A stretch of DNA of 64,000 nt from Brevundimonas sp. (GTDB lineage: Bacteria; Pseudomonadota; Alphaproteobacteria; Caulobacterales; Caulobacteraceae), in the NCBI RefSeq assembly GCF_032017145.1, contig NZ_DALZQC010000004.1:494-64493 (forward strand). Reading direction: 5' to 3'. The position numbers were made by a program, and so were the translations under genes. The notes under the pieces are model-generated. The model was not told the DNA's origin. It saw only the letters and a program-made list of their open reading frames with translations, and made no database searches. Of this stretch, positions 37,185-46,387 are shown in pieces (within the stretch, counting starts at the first letter, position 1; each line of letters opens with the position of its first letter).

Positions 37185-39727
37185 GACATCACGCCGGGAA
37201 ACAGGCGCACCAGCAGGGTCGTGCCCATCCCTTGAAGCGCCGTGAAGGCCAGGAACAGGGCGATCAGCTCGAACGTCGCCGGCCGCTTGGGCGACAGATG
37301 ACCAAACATCCAGCGCAGCGCCGCGAACGGCCCCATCAGCAGACAGATTCCCGCGAACAACCCTTGCCACGCCAACAGGGCGAAGACGGTGGCGCCCTGG
37401 CTGGAAACGTCGGGCCGCAGACCAGAGGCCCACCATGCCGAGGCTTCAGCCGCCCAGGCCCCGCCCGCCGCCAGGGTCGCCAGCAGCATCAGTCCCGCCG
37501 CGATCACCGGACTGCGCGGCCGGTCCAGCTTCAGCGCGGCCTGCGCCGCCCAGCCGCCGACGCCGGCCAGGACCAGCAGACCCAGCGTCAACGTCAGTGA
37601 GCCCAGATCCGGCGGCGCCTGCCACAGGTCAGGCCGGCGGCTCCACAGGAAGACATAGGAGAAGCAGGCCATGACGGCGACCATGCCGCCGACGATCAGG
37701 GTGATGACCATGGCCCACCAGCCGTGGCTGGACGGCCCCGACACATAGGTCGGCAGCCGGACGCCGCCGCCGACGTCCACCGTCTCATGCGGGTTCGGCC
37801 GATCCAGCCGCCAGGCCCACTCCCAGATACAGTAGATCGCCAGCAGGCCGCTGACGACCGAGAGCAGATAGGCCTGGACAGTCAGGATCAGGAAGAAGCC
37901 GGCCGTGAAGACAGCGCCCCACACATACCAGCTGGAAGGCCGGGGAATGCGCAGCACATATTGCGGCTCGGCGTTGACTGGACTGGTGATCAGGGTTTCG
38001 CGCTCGCCGCGCGGCGCGCCAGGCAGGAAGTACCGACCCGCCACGACATCCCGCGCCAGATTCTTCTGGTCCCACAGCGGATAGAGGCTCCGGATCACCG
38101 GCGACGACCGCAGCGAATACAGGCCGGACGGCAGCCACTCCAGCCCCGCCCCCCCGAAGACATTGCCCGCTTCCCTGGCGCGGAACGGGCGGAAGTTGCG
38201 GATCATGTCCACGACCCACAACAGCACGGCCAGGCCGAACAGGAACGATCCCACGGTCGAGATCATGTTGGGCAGGTCCCAGCCCCGATCCGGCAGATAG
38301 GTATAGACCCGGCGCGGCATCCCCATCAGCCCGGTCAGATGCATCGGCAGGAAGGTGACGTTGTGGCCGACGAACATCAGCCAGAAGATCCACTTGCCCC
38401 ACCGCTCGCTGAGCGGCCGACTGCTGGACATCGGCGTCCAGTAGTAGATGGCGGCGAATAACGGGAAGACCATCCCGCCGATCAGCACGTAATGCAGATG
38501 GGCGACGATGAAATAGCTGTCGTGGGCCTGCCAGTCGAACGGCACCATGGCCACCATCACCCCCGTCAACCCGCCCATGACGAAGGTGACCAGCCCCCCG
38601 ACCGCGAACAGGCCCGGTGTGTTGAACCGCATCTTGCCCGCCGCCAGGGTGGCGATCCAGGCGAAGACCTGCACCCCCGCCGGCACGCTGACGGCCATGG
38701 AGGCGGCGCTGAAATAGTTGATGGAAATCTGCGGCATGCCCGTCGTGAACATGTGGTGGGCCCACACGCCGAAACTGATGAAGCCCGTCGCCAGCATGGC
38801 CAGAACCACCAGCCGGTATCCGACCAGCCTGGTCTGGGCCACCGCCGGGATCAGGGTCGACATGGCCCCGGCCGCCGGAAGGAAGATGATGTAGACCTCA
38901 GGGTGGCCGAAGAACCAGAACAGGTGCTGCCACAGCATGGGATCGCCGCCCTTGGCCGCATCGAAGAACGGCCAGCCCAGCGCCCGCTCCAGCTCCAGCA
39001 ACAGGGTCGACAGGATGATCGACGGGAAGGCGATGATGATCATGCAGGCGAAGATCAGCATGGCCCAGGCGAAGATCGGCAGCTTGTCCAGCGTCATCCC
39101 CGGCGCGCGGGTCTTCAGCACCCCGACGATGATCTCTATGGCCCCGGCGATGGCCGAAATCTCGATGAAGCCGATGCCCAGCAGCCAGAAGTCGGCGTTG
39201 ATCCCCGGCGAATAGGTCATCGAGGTCAGCGGCGGGTACATGAACCAGCCGCCGTTGGGCGCCAGGCCGAAAAACAGCGAGCAGAAGAAGCAAAGGCCCC
39301 CGATCAGATAGGCCCAGAAGGCATAGGCCGACAGGCGCGGAAACGGCAGGTCGCGCGCCCCCAGCATCTGCGGCAGCAACAGCACGCCCAGCGCCTCGAC
39401 CGCCGGCACGGCGAACAGGAACATCATCACCGTGCCGTGCATGGTGAAAATCTGATTGTAGGTCTCCTGCGCCAGGAAACCGGTCATCGGCAGGGCCAGC
39501 TGCGTCCGCATCAACAAGGCCAGAACCCCGGCCAGCACGAAGAACAGCATGGCCGCGCCGACGTAATAGACGCCGACGAAGTTGTTGTTGATCGCGGTGA
39601 TCCACTCCCACGGCTTGCGCGGGCCGCACCAGACGTCCTCCAACTGCTCCAGTTCGCCCTCGGGCCGGGGCTCGGTGGTCGGAAAGCGTTTATAGAGTTC
39701 GGTGTCGAACCCGGTTTCCGAACTCAT
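37181..39727 (-). CDS. haem-copper cytochrome c oxidase subunit I with ~290-aa C-terminal polytopic (subunit III-like) extension
   Basis: Start MSSETGF (ATG 39727, ATGA overlap with subunit II). Motifs FTMHGTVMMF, WFFGHPEVYI, WAHHMFT, HDSYFIVAHLHYV. 848 aa versus about 530-560 for a plain subunit I. Confidence 0.85.
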   Translation of the reverse strand: MSSETGFDTELYKRFPTTEPRPEGELEQLEDVWCGPRKPWEWITAINNNFVGVYYVGAAMLFFVLAGVLALLMRTQLALPMTGFLAQETYNQIFTMHGTVMMFLFAVPAVEALGVLLLPQMLGARDLPFPRLSAYAFWAYLIGGLCFFCSLFFGLAPNGGWFMYPPLTSMTYSPGINADFWLLGIGFIEISAIAGAIEIIVGVLKTRAPGMTLDKLPIFAWAMLIFACMIIIAFPSIILSTLLLELERALGWPFFDAAKGGDPMLWQHLFWFFGHPEVYIIFLPAAGAMSTLIPAVAQTRLVGYRLVVLAMLATGFISFGVWAHHMFTTGMPQISINYFSAASMAVSVPAGVQVFAWIATLAAGKMRFNTPGLFAVGGLVTFVMGGLTGVMVAMVPFDWQAHDSYFIVAHLHYVLIGGMVFPLFAAIYYWTPMSSSRPLSERWGKWIFWLMFVGHNVTFLPMHLTGLMGMPRRVYTYLPDRGWDLPNMISTVGSFLFGLAVLLWVVDMIRNFRPFRAREAGNVFGGAGLEWLPSGLYSLRSSPVIRSLYPLWDQKNLARDVVAGRYFLPGAPRGERETLITSPVNAEPQYVLRIPRPSSWYVWGAVFTAGFFLILTVQAYLLSVVSGLLAIYCIWEWAWRLDRPNPHETVDVGGGVRLPTYVSGPSSHGWWAMVITLIVGGMVAVMACFSYVFLWSRRPDLWQAPPDLGSLTLTLGLLVLAGVGGWAAQAALKLDRPRSPVIAAGLMLLATLAAGGAWAAEASAWWASGLRPDVSSQGATVFALLAWQGLFAGICLLMGPFAALRWMFGHLSPKRPATFELIALFLAFTALQGMGTTLLVRLFPGVMS

Positions 39728-40701
39728 TTCAGACTTTCCAGATAGGCGGCGACGGCCCGCAGGTCTTGCCCGGCCAGGACCGGATAGGACGGCATCCTGT
39801 TGCCCGGCTTGATCGCCTGGCTGTCGGAAATCCAGCCCGCCATCGTGCCCTGATTGTTCGGCAGGATGCCGGCGCCCAGGGTCTGGCGCGATCCGACGTG
39901 GGTCAAATCGGGCCCGGCCAGCCCGTTGGCCTCGGTCCCGCGAATGGTGTGGCAGGCGGCGCAGCCGGAGGCCGCGAACACCTGACGCCCCTGGTCGATC
40001 AGGGCCGGCGTCTCCTGCGCCGGGACCACCGGCTGGGCGGCCCTGGCCTGGCGCGCCCTCCAGGCGGCGAAGCCGTCCGGCGCATGGGCCACCACCACCA
40101 GCCCCATCAGCGCGTGCGGCCCGCCGCAGTATTCCGCGCACTGGCCGCCATAGGTCCCCGGCTGGTCCGCCTGCAGCCGCATGAAGTTGCGACGACCGGG
40201 GATCATGTCGGTCTTGCCGCCCAGGCGCGGAACCCAGAAGCTGTGGATCACGTCGGCGCTTTCCAGTTCGAACACCACCGGCTGGCCGACGGGAATATGC
40301 ACCTCGTTCGCGTCCTGCAGGATTTCGCGGCCCTGCTCGTCCAGATAGGCCACGCGCCACCACCACATCTCGCCGGTCACGCGGATGCGCATTTCGCCGG
40401 GCCGGGGCGCATCGGCGATCCTCGCGGTGGTGTTCAGTCCGTAGATCAGCAGCCCCGTCAGGACCACGACCGGAAAGACCAGGCCCGCCGCCCAGATCAA
40501 CCGCTCGCCGCCCACGCGCCGCTTCCATTCTCGCGATCCGAACAGCGCCACGCCCAGCGCGGCCAGCACGATCGCCATGACCACCAACGACATGACGAAC
40601 AGCACCCAGGCCACGGTGTGGATCGGCGCCGCGAACGGTCCTGCCGGATCGAGCACGGGCGGCGGCCAGCCGGCGGTTCCGGGCGTCGGTTCAGTCGTCA
40701 T
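39724..40701 (-). CDS. cytochrome c oxidase subunit II with fused C-terminal cytochrome c domain
   Basis: CuA site HSFWVP ... CAEYCGGPHALM; C-terminal CAACH haem-binding motif. Confidence 0.85.
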   Translation of the reverse strand: MTTEPTPGTAGWPPPVLDPAGPFAAPIHTVAWVLFVMSLVVMAIVLAALGVALFGSREWKRRVGGERLIWAAGLVFPVVVLTGLLIYGLNTTARIADAPRPGEMRIRVTGEMWWWRVAYLDEQGREILQDANEVHIPVGQPVVFELESADVIHSFWVPRLGGKTDMIPGRRNFMRLQADQPGTYGGQCAEYCGGPHALMGLVVVAHAPDGFAAWRARQARAAQPVVPAQETPALIDQGRQVFAASGCAACHTIRGTEANGLAGPDLTHVGSRQTLGAGILPNNQGTMAGWISDSQAIKPGNRMPSYPVLAGQDLRAVAAYLESLK

Positions 40702-41089
40702 CGAGCGTATACAGATAGGCCGCGACGTCGCGGGCTTGATCGTGGGACAGGGGCATGGGCGGCATGGCGGTCTGGGGGTCCAGGGAAGGGGCGTCGATCA
40801 ACCACCGGATCAACACGTCGGGCTGGTTGGGCAGCCGCCCCGCGATCATCGGCCGGGCGCCGAATCCGGCCAGGTTGGAGCCGCTGCGACCCTGGGGCCA
40901 GGCGACGCCGGGGATCTTGTGACAGGCGGCGCAACCGATCTCTTGCACGACGCCCAACCCCCTGGCCGCATCGCCCTGCGCCACCTGACGGGGCAGATCG
41001 GCCTTGTCCACGCACGCGGCCAGCATCAGGGGCAGGCCGGCGATCAGCCATCCCCTCTTGCTCCAACGCGTCTGCGTCGACCGTATCAT
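40691..41089 (-). CDS. monohaem cytochrome c
   Basis: Start MIRSTQTRW (ATG 41089); signal/lipobox LMLAAC; CAACH motif; 11-bp overlap with the subunit II start. Confidence 0.7.
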   Translation of the reverse strand: MIRSTQTRWSKRGWLIAGLPLMLAACVDKADLPRQVAQGDAARGLGVVQEIGCAACHKIPGVAWPQGRSGSNLAGFGARPMIAGRLPNQPDVLIRWLIDAPSLDPQTAMPPMPLSHDQARDVAAYLYTLDDD

Positions 41090-41204
41090 CCCGCCCCCAA
41101 AAGCTTGACCACACAATCCGCTGCGGGGGCCGGGGTTCCCCGGTGCGACACGCCGCCCCGGACGCGCGCCGGAACCTTCGCCATAGAGGCGGGTTCGAAG
41201 GGGC

Positions 41205-41960
41205 GTGCGCTCGCCCCTTCCCTTCATCGGTCTGTCGTTCGCCCTGGGGGCGCTCGGGGCCTGCGACGCCACACGCGGACAGACGGATGCGGCCTTCAGC
41301 GCCGATGGACGGATCATCGCCATGAGCGGCGGCGCCGGCGGGGCGGCCAACGCCTGTTTCACCTGTCATGGTCTGCAGGGCCAGGGCGACGGCGTCTCCG
41401 CCCCGCGCCTGGCCGGTCTGGATGTCGGCTATCTGCGGAAGCAAATGGAGGACTACGCCTCGGGCCTTCGTCCCGACGATCAGATGACCCGCATCGCTAA
41501 GGCGCTGAATCAGAAGGATCGCCACGCCGTCGCCGCCTGGTACGCCGGCCTGCCGGCCTCGTCGGCCCAAACGGTCCCCGCCCCCGCTCCGGCCGTCTAT
41601 CTGTCGGGCGATCCGTCGCGCGGCATCGTGGCCTGCGCCTCATGTCACGGCGCCGAGGGCGAAGGGACGGGTCGCGGCGGCAACCCCCAGATCGCCGGCC
41701 AGCCCGCCGCCTATACGCTGGAGCAGATCGACCGCTGGAAGTCGGGCAAGCGCCGCAACGATCCGCGCGGCGTCATGGCCTCAGCCGTCAAATCGCTTTC
41801 GGACCCAGAAGCCCGCGCAATAGCCCTTTGGCTGTCGACACGACCCGCCGCTCCAGCGCCCGCCACCGCCGCTGCCACCGGGTCCGCTTCCGTGGACGCA
41901 GCGGCACGACCGGCAGCATCGCGTGAAACACGTCGTCCCGATCGATCAGATGGTGCTTGA
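41205..41960 (+). CDS. dihaem cytochrome c (c4-like), probable lipoprotein
   Basis: GTG 41205; LGALGAC lipobox; two CxxCH motifs (CFTCH, CASCH); low-complexity Ala/Pro tail. Confidence 0.75.
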   Translation: MRSPLPFIGLSFALGALGACDATRGQTDAAFSADGRIIAMSGGAGGAANACFTCHGLQGQGDGVSAPRLAGLDVGYLRKQMEDYASGLRPDDQMTRIAKALNQKDRHAVAAWYAGLPASSAQTVPAPAPAVYLSGDPSRGIVACASCHGAEGEGTGRGGNPQIAGQPAAYTLEQIDRWKSGKRRNDPRGVMASAVKSLSDPEARAIALWLSTRPAAPAPATAAATGSASVDAAARPAASRETRRPDRSDGA

Positions 41961-42507
41961 GCGCGGCGCCCGCATGAATGGGGATCATCAGCAGCAGGGT
42001 CAGCACCATGCCCCAATGCATCCACTCCGCCGCCGCCTCGATCGCCCATAGCTGGGTGTTCGACAAATCCTGCAGAGGCAGCAACGGCCAGCGAATGAAC
42101 CCCAGCGCCTCTAGCTGGCGCGTCCGATCCGTCGCCGAAATCATGGCCCATCCTGTCAGCGGCAGACCGAACAGGCAGATGTAGAAGACATAGTGGGTGA
42201 CGTGCGCCGCCCAGCTTTCCCAGCCTGGCTTGTCCGCATCATTGACCAGGTCCGGCGCCATCAGCCGCCAGGACAGCCGGCCGATCACCAGGATCAGCAT
42301 CAGCACTCCGATCGCGAAATGCAGGTCATAGGCCGCGACCATGGCCGCCCCCACCGGCTGGCGCCCCATCCAGAAGCCCCAGCCGATCTGGAACACCACC
42401 AGCCCTGCCATGGTCCAGTGAAAGGCGATTGCCACCGGCGAATAGCGACCCTCGTCATGATGGCCCGCCGCCCATTCCAGGGCCTGCTGGAACAGCCGAA
42501 CGATCAC
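41788..42507 (-). CDS. cytochrome b561 family protein
   Basis: GTG 42507 in a GTGA overlap with the upstream stop; conserved His in FHWTMAG, HYVFY, MHWG, ALKHHLIDRD; 4 TM helices. Confidence 0.75.
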   Translation of the reverse strand: MIVRLFQQALEWAAGHHDEGRYSPVAIAFHWTMAGLVVFQIGWGFWMGRQPVGAAMVAAYDLHFAIGVLMLILVIGRLSWRLMAPDLVNDADKPGWESWAAHVTHYVFYICLFGLPLTGWAMISATDRTRQLEALGFIRWPLLPLQDLSNTQLWAIEAAAEWMHWGMVLTLLLMIPIHAGAALKHHLIDRDDVFHAMLPVVPLRPRKRTRWQRRWRALERRVVSTAKGLLRGLLGPKAI

Positions 42508-43223
42508 GCCGCGACCTCTCGCGTCGGCCTCAGCATCCGCCCCAGAACCGCCAGGGCGGCGAACAGATAAAGCGCCGACGCCGGGGCCCACATGATCAGT
42601 CCCGCCGCCTGCTGATCCTCGAGCGGCGTCATGCCCCAGGCCAGTGTCGAGTAGAAGTGCGGCGCATAGACCGCTTGTCCGGCGAAAGTCAGCACCGCCC
42701 CCAGCAATCCCATCGCCAGCATGGCCGCCAGCAGGGCCACGACCGCCGCCGGGGCCGAAGCGGCTCTGACCCTGGTCCAGAACCAGACGGCGCTCCCCAG
42801 CAGACTCAGCTGCATGACCCAATAGAGGGCGTCGTTCGAAAGCGCCGCGCCATAAAGACCCGGCGCGTGCCAGGCCCACAGCACCACCGCCTGCGCCGCC
42901 GTCGCCAGAATCAGCCCGCCGCCGTCACGCCGGGGCGTCGCCCAGGCCAGCAGCGGCGCCGCCACCCCGATAAGAAGCACGTGGTGAACCGTCCGCGCCG
43001 AAAACAACGCCGAGCTTAGGGCGCACAGGGGCGAGACGAAACTGATCGCCAGAACCCCCATCCCCATCAGACCGAACACCCGCCGCCGCCCGTCCAGCCG
43101 CGCGGCCAAAAGCATCGTGACCATCAGCATGACGCCCAACAGGACCGGGTCCAGGTTCCACCGCCAATCCCCCGCCTCCGGCGCCGGACCGCAATAGGGC
43201 GTCCAGATCGGTTCTGCATTCAT
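42504..43223 (-). CDS. cytochrome c oxidase assembly factor, CtaG (caa3-type)-like membrane protein
   Basis: Start MNAEPIW (ATG 43223); 7 TM helices; HHVLL and LEDQQAAGLIMW motifs typical of the caa3_CtaG family (recollection). Confidence 0.6.
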   Translation of the reverse strand: MNAEPIWTPYCGPAPEAGDWRWNLDPVLLGVMLMVTMLLAARLDGRRRVFGLMGMGVLAISFVSPLCALSSALFSARTVHHVLLIGVAAPLLAWATPRRDGGGLILATAAQAVVLWAWHAPGLYGAALSNDALYWVMQLSLLGSAVWFWTRVRAASAPAAVVALLAAMLAMGLLGAVLTFAGQAVYAPHFYSTLAWGMTPLEDQQAAGLIMWAPASALYLFAALAVLGRMLRPTREVAA

Positions 43224-43342
43224 GATCGCCCCCCACACGCGCCTGCTCACGGCTTGAAGTCCAAAGCCTCGAAGGCCGGCTCAGTTCCTCTCGGGGATCT
43301 TCTGCGGCGATTGGTCTGACCCGTTCTACTCAGGCCGGCTTC

Positions 43343-43873
43343 TCATTCGGCGGGGCAGAGCGGCGCGTGCGATCGCTCGATGGGCGAAAGGGTGTGGAAT
43401 CTGCTGGAGTGGAAGATCAGCGGCGAAATCCCATCGGCTGCGGCGGCCCGGTGCAGACGGAAAAGGACGATGTCGTGGTCGCCCGCCTCGACCTCCTTCT
43501 CCACCGAACAGTCCAGCCAGGCGGGCGCGCCGGCCAGGAACAGCGCGCCCTCCGGGCCGACCTGATAGTCCAGCCCCGAAAACCGATCATCGCCCGTCTG
43601 GGCCAGCTGACGCGCGGCGACGGCATGGCTGTCTCCAAGGAACGAGATGCCGATGCGCGGCCGGGCGCGCAGCCGCCGCCAGGTCCAGGAGCCGCGCTTG
43701 ATGCAGACCGAAACGAGAGGCGGATCTAGCGACACGGCGACGAATGCGCTGGCCGTCATGCCGACGGGACGGCCGTCCTCCATGGCGCCCAGGGCAGTCA
43801 CTCCGGTCGGGAACAGGCCGAAGAGCCGACGCAGATCGGCTTCCTCGGCGATGTCGGTGAGGTGGTTCGGCAT
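43343..43873 (-). CDS. flavin reductase (HpaC/RutF-like, FMN-binding split barrel)
   Basis: Start MPNHLTD (ATG 43873); FPTGVTALGAM..GRPVGMTASAFVAVSLDPPLV motif. Confidence 0.8.
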   Translation of the reverse strand: MPNHLTDIAEEADLRRLFGLFPTGVTALGAMEDGRPVGMTASAFVAVSLDPPLVSVCIKRGSWTWRRLRARPRIGISFLGDSHAVAARQLAQTGDDRFSGLDYQVGPEGALFLAGAPAWLDCSVEKEVEAGDHDIVLFRLHRAAAADGISPLIFHSSRFHTLSPIERSHAPLCPAE

Positions 43874-43959
43874 GATCAAAAGCCTTCCGGGCGTAGGACG
43901 GGCGTTTCGTCGGATGGCTCGACGACGCCACCGCGAGCCAACTCCCCCATCGTCAGGGT

Positions 43960-44988
43960 TCAGGCCAAGAGTTCGTTGCGAACGATCGCAGCGCCCGCGC
44001 CCAGAGCCGCGAGCTTCCCATTGGCGACGCGGCGGGACAGGGGCGCCATGCCGCAGTTGGTGGCGGGATACAGTTTGTCGGCGTCCACGAACTGCAACGC
44101 CTTCCTCAGGGTGTCCGCGACCTGTTCGGGCGTCTCCACGACGTCGGTCGCCACGTCGATGGCCCCGACCATCACCTTCTTGCCCCGGATCAGCTCGATC
44201 AGGTCCATCGGCACGCGTGAGTTCTGGGCCTCGAGCGAGATGATGTCGATGCTGGAGGTCTGCAGCTTGGGGAAGGCCTCTTCGTACTGACGCCACTCCG
44301 ACCCCAGGGTCTTCTTCCAATCGGTATTGGCCTTGATGCCGTAGCCGTAGCAGATGTGGACGGCGGTTTCGCAATTCAGGCCCTCGGCCGCCCGTTCCAG
44401 CGTGGCGACGCCCCAGTCGTTCACCTCGTCGAAGAAGACGTTGAAGGCGGGCTCGTCGAACTGGATGATGTCGACGCCGGCGGCCTCCAGTTCCCTGGCT
44501 TCCTCGTTGAGGATCTTGGCGAACTCCCAGGCCAGCTTCTCGCGGCTTCGGTAGTGGTCGTCGTACAGGGTGTCGATCATCGTCATCGGCCCCGGCAACG
44601 CCCATTTGATCGGCTGGTCCGTCTGCCGGCGCAGGTATTTGGCGTCCTCGACGAAGACCGGCTTCTGACGGCTGACGGCGCCCACGACCACCGGCACGCT
44701 CGCATCGTAGCGATTGCGAATCCGCATGGTCTTGCGGGCCTCGAAGTCCACCCCGTCCAGATGCTCGATGAAGGTCGTGACGAAGTGCTGGCGCGTCTGT
44801 TCGCCGTCGCTGACGATGTCGATGCCGGCGCGGCGTTGGTCGTCCAGCGACAGGCGCAGGGCGTCCTGCTTGGCCTCGACCAGTTCAGCGCCTTCCAGCT
44901 TCCAGGGCGACCACAGGGTCTCGGGCTCGGCCAGCCAGACGGGCTTGGGCAGGCTTCCGGCGGTGGATGTGGGCAGCAGGGTTTTCAT
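43960..44988 (-). CDS. mesD: core (MetE C-terminal-half-like) methionine synthase, MesD type
   Basis: 342 aa; GSLPKP, DGEQTR, HICYG, NCGM zinc/substrate motifs of the MetE catalytic barrel. No N-terminal folate-binding half. Adjacent to a DUF1852 gene. Confidence 0.7.
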   Translation of the reverse strand: MKTLLPTSTAGSLPKPVWLAEPETLWSPWKLEGAELVEAKQDALRLSLDDQRRAGIDIVSDGEQTRQHFVTTFIEHLDGVDFEARKTMRIRNRYDASVPVVVGAVSRQKPVFVEDAKYLRRQTDQPIKWALPGPMTMIDTLYDDHYRSREKLAWEFAKILNEEARELEAAGVDIIQFDEPAFNVFFDEVNDWGVATLERAAEGLNCETAVHICYGYGIKANTDWKKTLGSEWRQYEEAFPKLQTSSIDIISLEAQNSRVPMDLIELIRGKKVMVGAIDVATDVVETPEQVADTLRKALQFVDADKLYPATNCGMAPLSRRVANGKLAALGAGAAIVRNELLA

Positions 44989-45016
44989 GACGGATGACTT
45001 CTTAGGGAATGACGGA

Positions 45017-46003
45017 TCAGGCGGCGAAGCTGGCGGACCATTGGTCCAGAACCTGCCGATAGGGTTTGATGAAACGCTCCTCGACGAACCGGCCCTGTTC
45101 GACCGCCAGGCGGCTGCGCTCCTCGCGGTCGTAGACGATGCGCGTCAGCGAATAGTCCTGACATTGCAGGCTGGGCCGGTATTGTTCCGACGCCGGGGAG
45201 TTGGCGTTGTAGATCTCGGGCCGATAGATCTTCTGGAAGGTCTCCATCGTGCTGATGGTGCTGACCAGTTCCAGGTCGGTGTAGTCGCCCGTCAGGTCGC
45301 CGATGTGATAGAAGGCGAAGGGCGCGACGCTGCCCCTAGGCATGAAGTAGCGGACCTTCATCCCCATCTTGGCGAAATACTGATCGGTCGGGGAAAACTC
45401 GTCGTTCGCGTATTCGCTGCCCAGCACAGGATGCTCGCCGCCAGTCCGGTGATAGGTCTTGTTGCTCGACACGCTCAGGCAGATGACGGGCGGCTTGGCG
45501 AAGTTGTCGCGATAGGCGGCCGAGTTCAGGAAATGCTTGAACAGCTTGCCGTGCAGGTCGCCGAAATCCGCCGGCGCGAAGGCGCCGGGATTGGCCTTCA
45601 TATGCGCGGGCAGGACGACGCTGAAGTCGTAGTCACGCACATAGGAGGAGAAGTTGTTGCCGACGATCCCATCGATGCGCCGGCCGGTCTGGCGGTCCAC
45701 GATCGTGGTCTGAAGAATTTCGATCAGCGGGAAACTGTCCGTCCCCTCGCCCGGCTCCACGCTCATCTCCACGGAGACGATCTGCAGTTCCACCCCATAG
45801 CGATCCCCCCTCGGATTGTCCCAATGCGCCAGGGAGTTGAAGCGGTTGTCGATCATCCTCAGGGTGTTGCGCAGGTTTTCCTGTCGGCTGTCCCCCCGGG
45901 CCAGATTGGCGAAATTGGTCGTGATCCGCGTGTTCTCGGCGGGAATATAGTTCTCGTCGAGCGCGGTGCGCTTGAGGGTGAATGTGAACGCGCTGTTCGC
46001 CAT
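45017..46003 (-). CDS. mesX: DUF1852 protein (MesX)
   Basis: Start MANSAFTFTLK (ATG 46003); sequence recognised as DUF1852 from memory; classic pairing with the MesD-type gene 28 bp downstream. Confidence 0.7.
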   Translation of the reverse strand: MANSAFTFTLKRTALDENYIPAENTRITTNFANLARGDSRQENLRNTLRMIDNRFNSLAHWDNPRGDRYGVELQIVSVEMSVEPGEGTDSFPLIEILQTTIVDRQTGRRIDGIVGNNFSSYVRDYDFSVVLPAHMKANPGAFAPADFGDLHGKLFKHFLNSAAYRDNFAKPPVICLSVSSNKTYHRTGGEHPVLGSEYANDEFSPTDQYFAKMGMKVRYFMPRGSVAPFAFYHIGDLTGDYTDLELVSTISTMETFQKIYRPEIYNANSPASEQYRPSLQCQDYSLTRIVYDREERSRLAVEQGRFVEERFIKPYRQVLDQWSASFAA

Positions 46004-46061
46004 GGTCTCTGCCGTTGATGCTGGCGGAACAGCGGGCAGGAACGCGCGACCGCTCGCACAC

Positions 46062-46290
46062 GAAAAGCCTCCGTCGCGGCGTTCATGCGACCTGACCGAC
46101 ACCCCGCCGGAGGACGTTATCTGTCGAGGCAGGTCTCCTGGCTCGCGGGTCACGGCTTCCGGTCCGGCCTTCCCGGAGGCGAACCCCCAGTGACATCCAA
46201 TGGACCCTCAGCTCGCCGCTTACAGTTGCGGGGGCAGCGCCGGCATTGCACCGGTTTCCCTCTTAGCTCCCCCCAGCCCGAAGACTGAGC
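46062..46290 (-). ncRNA. cobalamin riboswitch with intrinsic-terminator expression platform
   Basis: Minus strand reads AAGAGGGAAACCGGUGCAAUGCCGGCGCUGCCCCCGCAACUGUAAGCGGCG ... GUCACUGGG ... GGGAAGGCC. The B12 box is AGCCAGGAGACCUGCC (46128-46143). A hairpin CCUCCGGCGG/CCGCGACGGAGG followed by CUUUU lies at 46063-46113. Confidence 0.85.
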
Positions 46291-46344
46291 GGAGAACCAC
46301 GACGCACGGACACTGCCACAGCCACGCCTGAAGTCAAGAAAGAT

Positions 46345-46360
46345 ATAAAGATATCTTTAT
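46345..46360. promoter_or_regulatory. perfect 16-bp AT-rich palindrome ATAAAGATATCTTTAT
   Basis: Seen directly. Lies between the regulator stop (46388) and the riboswitch 5' end, where the mesX promoter must be. Confidence 0.3.
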
Positions 46361-46387
46361 GTCCTTATATGATCCACCAGCGCTCCT

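Noticed and set aside
41788-41960. 173-bp convergent overlap between the dihaem cytochrome c gene and the cytochrome b561 gene.
   Set aside because: The conserved cores of both proteins end before the overlap (about 41846 and about 41911). The overlap consists of low-complexity tails, most simply explained by stop-codon scarcity in GC-rich DNA.
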